Origin: Eledone cirrhosa
Taxonomy: Eukaryota
DNA length: 64,000 nt
Assembly: GCA_964016885.1 (NCBI GenBank)
Contig: OZ024744.1
Coordinates: forward strand, 119,412,001 to 119,476,000
Direction: 5' to 3'
The position numbers were made by a program, and so were the translations under genes. Below are positions 58,846 through 64,000 of this stretch, in pieces (positions within the stretch are counted from its first letter, which is position 1; every line of letters begins with the position of its first letter). The notes beneath the pieces are model-generated. The model saw nothing but the letters and a program-made list of their open reading frames with translations. It was not told where the DNA came from and did not search any database.

Positions 58846-60704
58846 ACCCATATATACATTACACACACACACATATATAACCCATATATACATTACACAC
58901 ACACACATATATAACCCATATATACATTACACACACACATATATAACCCATATATACATTACACACACACACATATATAACCCATATATACATTACACAC
59001 ACACACACACACACATATATAACCCATATATACATTACACACACACACACATATATAACCCATATATACATTACACACACACACATATATAACCCATATA
59101 TACATTACACACACACATATATAACCCATATATACATTACACACACACACATATATAACCCATATATACATTACACACACACACACACACACATATATAA
59201 CCCATATATACATTACACACACACACACATATATAACCCATATATACATTACACACACACACATATATATAACCCATATATACATTACACACACACACAC
59301 ATATATAACCCATATATACATTACACACACACACATATATAACCCATATATACATTACACACACACATATATAACCCATATATACATTACACACACACAC
59401 ACATATATAACCCATATATACATTACACACACACACATATATATAACCCATATATACATTACACACACACACACACACACATATATAACCCATATATACA
59501 TTACACACACACACACACATATATAACCCATATATACATTACACACACACACATATATATAACCCATATATACATTACACACACACACACACACACATAT
59601 ATAACCCATATATACATTACACACACACACACACACATATATAACCCATATATACATTACACACACGCACACATATATAACCCATATATACATTACACAC
59701 ACGCACACATATATAACCCATATATACATTACACACACACACATATATATAACCCATATATACATTACACACACACACACATATATAACCCATATATACA
59801 TTACACACACACACATATATAACCCATATATACATTACACACACACACATATATAACCCATATATACATTACACACACACACATATATATAACCCATATA
59901 TACATTACACACACACACATATATAACCCATATATACATTACACACACACACATATATAACCCATATATACATTACACACACACATATATATAACCCATA
60001 TATACATTACACACACACACACACACACATATATAACCCATATATACATTACACACACACACATATATAACCCATATATACATTACACACACACACATAT
60101 ATAACCCATATATACATTACACACACACACATATATATAACCCATATATACATTACACACACACACATATATAACCCATATATACATTACACACACACAT
60201 ATATATAACCCATATATACATTACACACACACACATATATAACCCATATATACATTACACACACACATATATATAACCCATATATACATTACACACACAC
60301 ACATATATAACCCATATATACATTACACACACACACATATATAACCCATATATACATTACACACACACACATATATATAACCCATATATACATTACACAC
60401 ACACACATATATAACCCATATATACATTACACACACACATATATATAACCCATATATACATTACACACACACACATATATAACCCATATATACATTACAC
60501 ACACACACATATATAACCCATATATACATTACACACACACACACATATATAACCCATATATACATTACACACACACACATATATAACCCATATATACATT
60601 ACACACACACACATATATAACCCATATATACATTACACACACACACACATATATAACCCATATATACATTACACACACACACATATATAACCCATATATA
60701 CATT

Positions 60705-60737
<33 letters not shown>

Positions 60738-61653
60738 ACCCATATATACATTACACACACACACATATATAACCCATATATACATTACACACACACACAC
60801 ACACACATATATAACCCATATATACATTACACACACACACACATATATAACCCATATATACATTACACACACACACATATATATAACCCATATATACATT
60901 ACACACACACACATATATATAACCCATATATACATTACACACACACACACATATATAACCCATATATACATTACACACACACACATATATAACCCATATA
61001 TACATTACACACACACACACATATATAACCCATATATACATTACACACACACACATATATAACCCATATATACATTACACACACACATATATAACCCATA
61101 TATACATTACACACACACACATATATAACCCATATATACATTACACACACACACACACACACATATATAACCCATATATACATTACACACACACACACAT
61201 ATATAACCCATATATACATTACACACACACACACATATATAACCCATATATACATTACACACACGCACACATATATAACCCATATATACATTACACACAC
61301 GCACACATATATAACCCATATATACATTACACACACACACACACATATATAACCCATATATACATTACACACACACACACACATATATAACCCATATATA
61401 CATTACACACACGCACACATATATAACCCATATATACATTACACACACGCACACATATATAACCCATATATACATTACACACACACACACACATATATAA
61501 CCCATATATACATTACACACACACACACATATATAACCCATATATACATTACACACACGCACACATATATAACCCATATATACATTACACACACACACAC
61601 ACATATAAAACCCATATATACATTACACACACACACACACACACACATATATA
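57921..61653. repeat. Composite minisatellite: (AC)n plus atatataacccatatatacatt, units about 32-44 bp, roughly 105 copies
   Basis: Seen directly. Variants include cagtac near 58140-58180 and acgcac near 59665-59705 and 61263-61560. Confidence 0.99.
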
Positions 61654-61865
61654 TTTATTTCTAAAAGCCGAAATCGTTTGGTGCCATGGTCGGGATTTTA
61701 CATATCTCTATACCAACTCTGTATTGAGTACTCCTATTAGTGGTCTCTCTGGTCTCAGCGCCACAGATTCTCTCTCGAGAGAGAGAGAGACAGGTCAGGT
61801 ATAAAGATCTCCCACATCTTTAAGGGGATATAAAGATGTGGGACATCTTTATATCTCACCCTGAA

Positions 61866-62043
61866 TCATCATCATCATTTTACGTCCACTTTTCCCTGCT
61901 TGCCAGGGTCCTATTCAGCACAGTATCTCTCCTGAATATCATCATCATCATCATCATCATCATCGTTTAACGTCCGTGTTCCACGCTTGCATGGGTTTGG
62001 ACGGGGGTTTTCCCACTTGAGGCAAGAGTGGTTGTCTTGCTCG
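61866..62043 (-). mobile_element. Two short 3' ends of the (GAT)n-tailed RTE-related element (61866-61908 and 61938-62043)
   Basis: (CAT)n followed by tttaacgtccgtgttccacgcttgcatggg... The segment cttgaggcaagagtggttgtcttgctcg matches the reverse complement of 56901-56928. Confidence 0.8.
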
Positions 62044-62086
62044 CATGTATATGTATATATATGTGTGTGTGTATAATGGAAATAAT

Positions 62087-62273
62087 TGTTTCTACTTTTG
62101 GCACAAGGCCAGCAAATACCCAGTGCGTTACTGGTACTTTATTTTATCGACCCCCGTAAAGATGAAAGGCAAAGTAAACCTCGGCGGGATTTGAACTCAG
62201 ATCATAAAGGGAGGTAACTATGCTGCAAAGCATGGCGTCCGACTCTCTACCGATACTGCCAATCCACCACCCC
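62087..62273 (-). mobile_element. Full-length SINE family A with a 19-bp TSD (one mismatch)
   Basis: Reverse complement of 47108-47300. Flanks are tgtgtataatggaaataat (62068-62086) and tgtgtataatgtaaataat (62274-62292). Confidence 0.92.
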
Positions 62274-62292
62274 TGTGTATAATGTAAATAAT

Positions 62293-62480
62293 GATTTGTT
62301 TTGTTTTGGGTTTTTGATATGATGTTGTCGAAGAGATGTCAATTCTAGATTACAGCAGGCACATGCTATAGAAATTCTGCCATTCCTTCCAATCACTCCT
62401 TTCCCTGTCAGGTATTCAGTGCCGACAGGTGCATTGAAGTCTCTCATTAGGATATATGACAGTCTTAACTACATCTAACA
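62293..62480 (-). mobile_element. Decayed RTE-type AP-endonuclease domain fragment
   Basis: Minus strand YILMRDFNAPVGTEYLTGKGVIGRNG...CNLELT...PKQNKS corresponds to the APE motif ILxGDFNARVG....WxGVIGxHG. Confidence 0.75.
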
Positions 62481-63188
62481 CTGCAGTGACTTCACCATTG
62501 AAGTCTCTCATTAACATATATGACTGTCTTAACTATGACTAACACTGCAGTGACTTCACCATTAAAGTGTTTCATTAACATATATGACTGTCTTAACTAC
62601 ATCTAACACTGCAGTGACTTCACCATTGAAGTCTCTCATTAGGATATATGACAGTCTTAACTATGTCTAACACTGCAGTGACTTCACCATTGAAGTCTCA
62701 TTAGGATATATGACAGTCTTAACTATGTCTAACACTGCAGTGACTTCACCATTGAAGTCTCTCATTAGGATATATGACAGTCTTAACTATGTCTAACACT
62801 GCAGTGACTTCACCATTGAAGTCTCTCATTAGGATATATGACAGTCTTAACTATGTCTAACACTGCAGTGACTTCACCATTGAAGTCTCTCATTAGGATA
62901 TATGACAGTCTTAACTATGTCTAACACTGCAGTGACTTCACCATTGAAGTCTCTCATTAGGATATATGACAGTCTTAACTATGTCTAACACTGCAGTGAC
63001 TTCACCATTGAAGTCTCTCATTAGGATATATGACAGTCTTAACTATGTCTAACACTGCAGTGACTTCACCATTGAAGTCTCTCATTAGGATATATGACAG
63101 TCTTAACTATGTCTAACACTGCAGTGACTTCACCATTGAAGTCTCTCATTAGGATATATGACTGTCTTAACTACATCTAACACTGCAG
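62432..63188. repeat. 64-bp minisatellite, about 12 copies, derived from the endonuclease GDFN region
   Basis: Unit cattgaagtctctcattaggatatatgacagtcttaactatgtctaacactgcagtgacttcac; period 64 (62432 to 62496). Confidence 0.98.
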
Positions 63189-64000
63189 GACAAGTGTCTA
63201 CAAATCCTGAGACCTGGCTGCCCTCTTGTACTCTTCAGAGACTTGGACCACCTACAGACATCATATCAAGACATTGGAAAGATTCCACCAAAAAATTTCT
63301 GTAATTTTAACATTAAGTTGCAGTCATTTACACCTGACACTGTTGTTCTTTAGCAGGCCAATACATCCAACATAGAAAAACTACTCATTCGAAACTGTGT
63401 TGTACAGGGTATTTAAGGCTGGGAGATGAGATGTTGCCTAAGAGAATTTGGTATGGAGAGTTAACTTTTGGTAAAAGTCCCAGGCACAAACCCAAGAACA
63501 TTTCAGGGATGTTGTTGGAGGCAACCTGAAGAGTCTTGGTATTAGTGTTGAGGATTGGGAAGATGAGGCAGTGAGTAGATCTGGTTGGAGAAGTCTGGTT
63601 TATGATGGTTGTAATTTCTTTGAGGTCAAAAGGATTGAACATTCGGTGTTTAAAAGAACACTTAGGAAAAGTGATGTGGACTCAGTCCTGGAAAATATCC
63701 AGTTGGCGCATGTCTGTAAAATCTGCAGAAAGGTTGTTCTTTCTTATGCTGGGGTTGCTAGTCATTTAAGAGCTCACAGCAATCAGCAGTATGGAGCCAA
63801 TTATAGTGGTGTCCTCCCTGAAAGACATGCAGGGTTATTTGTGTCAATTTTTGCAACAAAGCCTGTGGGGCTGCTACTGGACTCAAGCGGCACATGAGAG
63901 TGCATAAGGAGCAAGTTATGTTAAGGGTTATACAAGAGCTTCATGTGTGTCACATCTGTTAAACAGAGCAAGGCAGATTTGCGGAGTCATTCACGGGTTC
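63189..64000 (+). mobile_element. Decayed RTE (BovB-like) LINE ORF2 C-terminal region with tandem C2H2 zinc fingers; runs off the right edge
   Basis: SVYKS*DLAALLYSSETWTTYRHHIKTLERFHQK...RLGDEMLPKRIWYGELTFGKSPRHKPK...NLKSLGISVEDWEDEAVSRSGWRSLVYDGCNFFE...CKICRKVVLSYAGVASHLRAH. These are the classic RTE LLYGxETW, RLPK..YGEL and DR..WR motifs, with several frameshifts and stops. Confidence 0.9.

Noticed and set aside
57955-61604. Cys/Val-rich ORFs resembling metallothionein or keratin-associated proteins
   Set aside because: They are translations of (GT)n-containing repeat units in overlapping frames.
57921-61653. TAACCC telomeric hexamer in each unit (also in the 79-bp unit)
   Set aside because: It is a single isolated hexamer per unit, never tandem (TTAGGG)n, so there is no support for a telomeric origin.
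63385-63897. Host zinc-finger gene
   Set aside because: The fingers are contiguous with frameshifted RTE ORF2 motifs, so this is treated as a LINE relic.

Overview
This is eukaryotic, repeat-dominated DNA with no intact protein-coding gene, rRNA, tRNA gene or CRISPR array that I can support. The SINE, MITE and LINE families resemble those I recall from Octopus (cephalopod) genomes; that assignment is recognition from memory, not a database result. Bases 1-40825 are one composite satellite of about 1,100 units, each CTTGATGGCACCTACACT plus an (ACT)n-type tract. Its constant core is the first 18 nt (codons LDGTYT) of a decayed RTE-type LINE ORF2 fragment into which the array reads directly. The last 23 kb is a nest of tRNA-derived SINEs, RTE and L1/Tx1-like LINE relics, piggyBac-like and hAT-like MITEs, and seven more minisatellite arrays (79 bp x2 in inverted orientation, 49, 25/29, ~85, ~34 and 64 bp). 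Most arrays are amplified pieces of the mobile element they sit in. Other notable items: a foldback-like pair of MITE-end arrays, an RTE C-terminus with three C2H2 zinc fingers, two SINE insertions sharing a 12-nt target, and a cluster of seven CAGGTG motifs. Nearly all ORFs in the supplied track are artefacts of repeats or TE relics.
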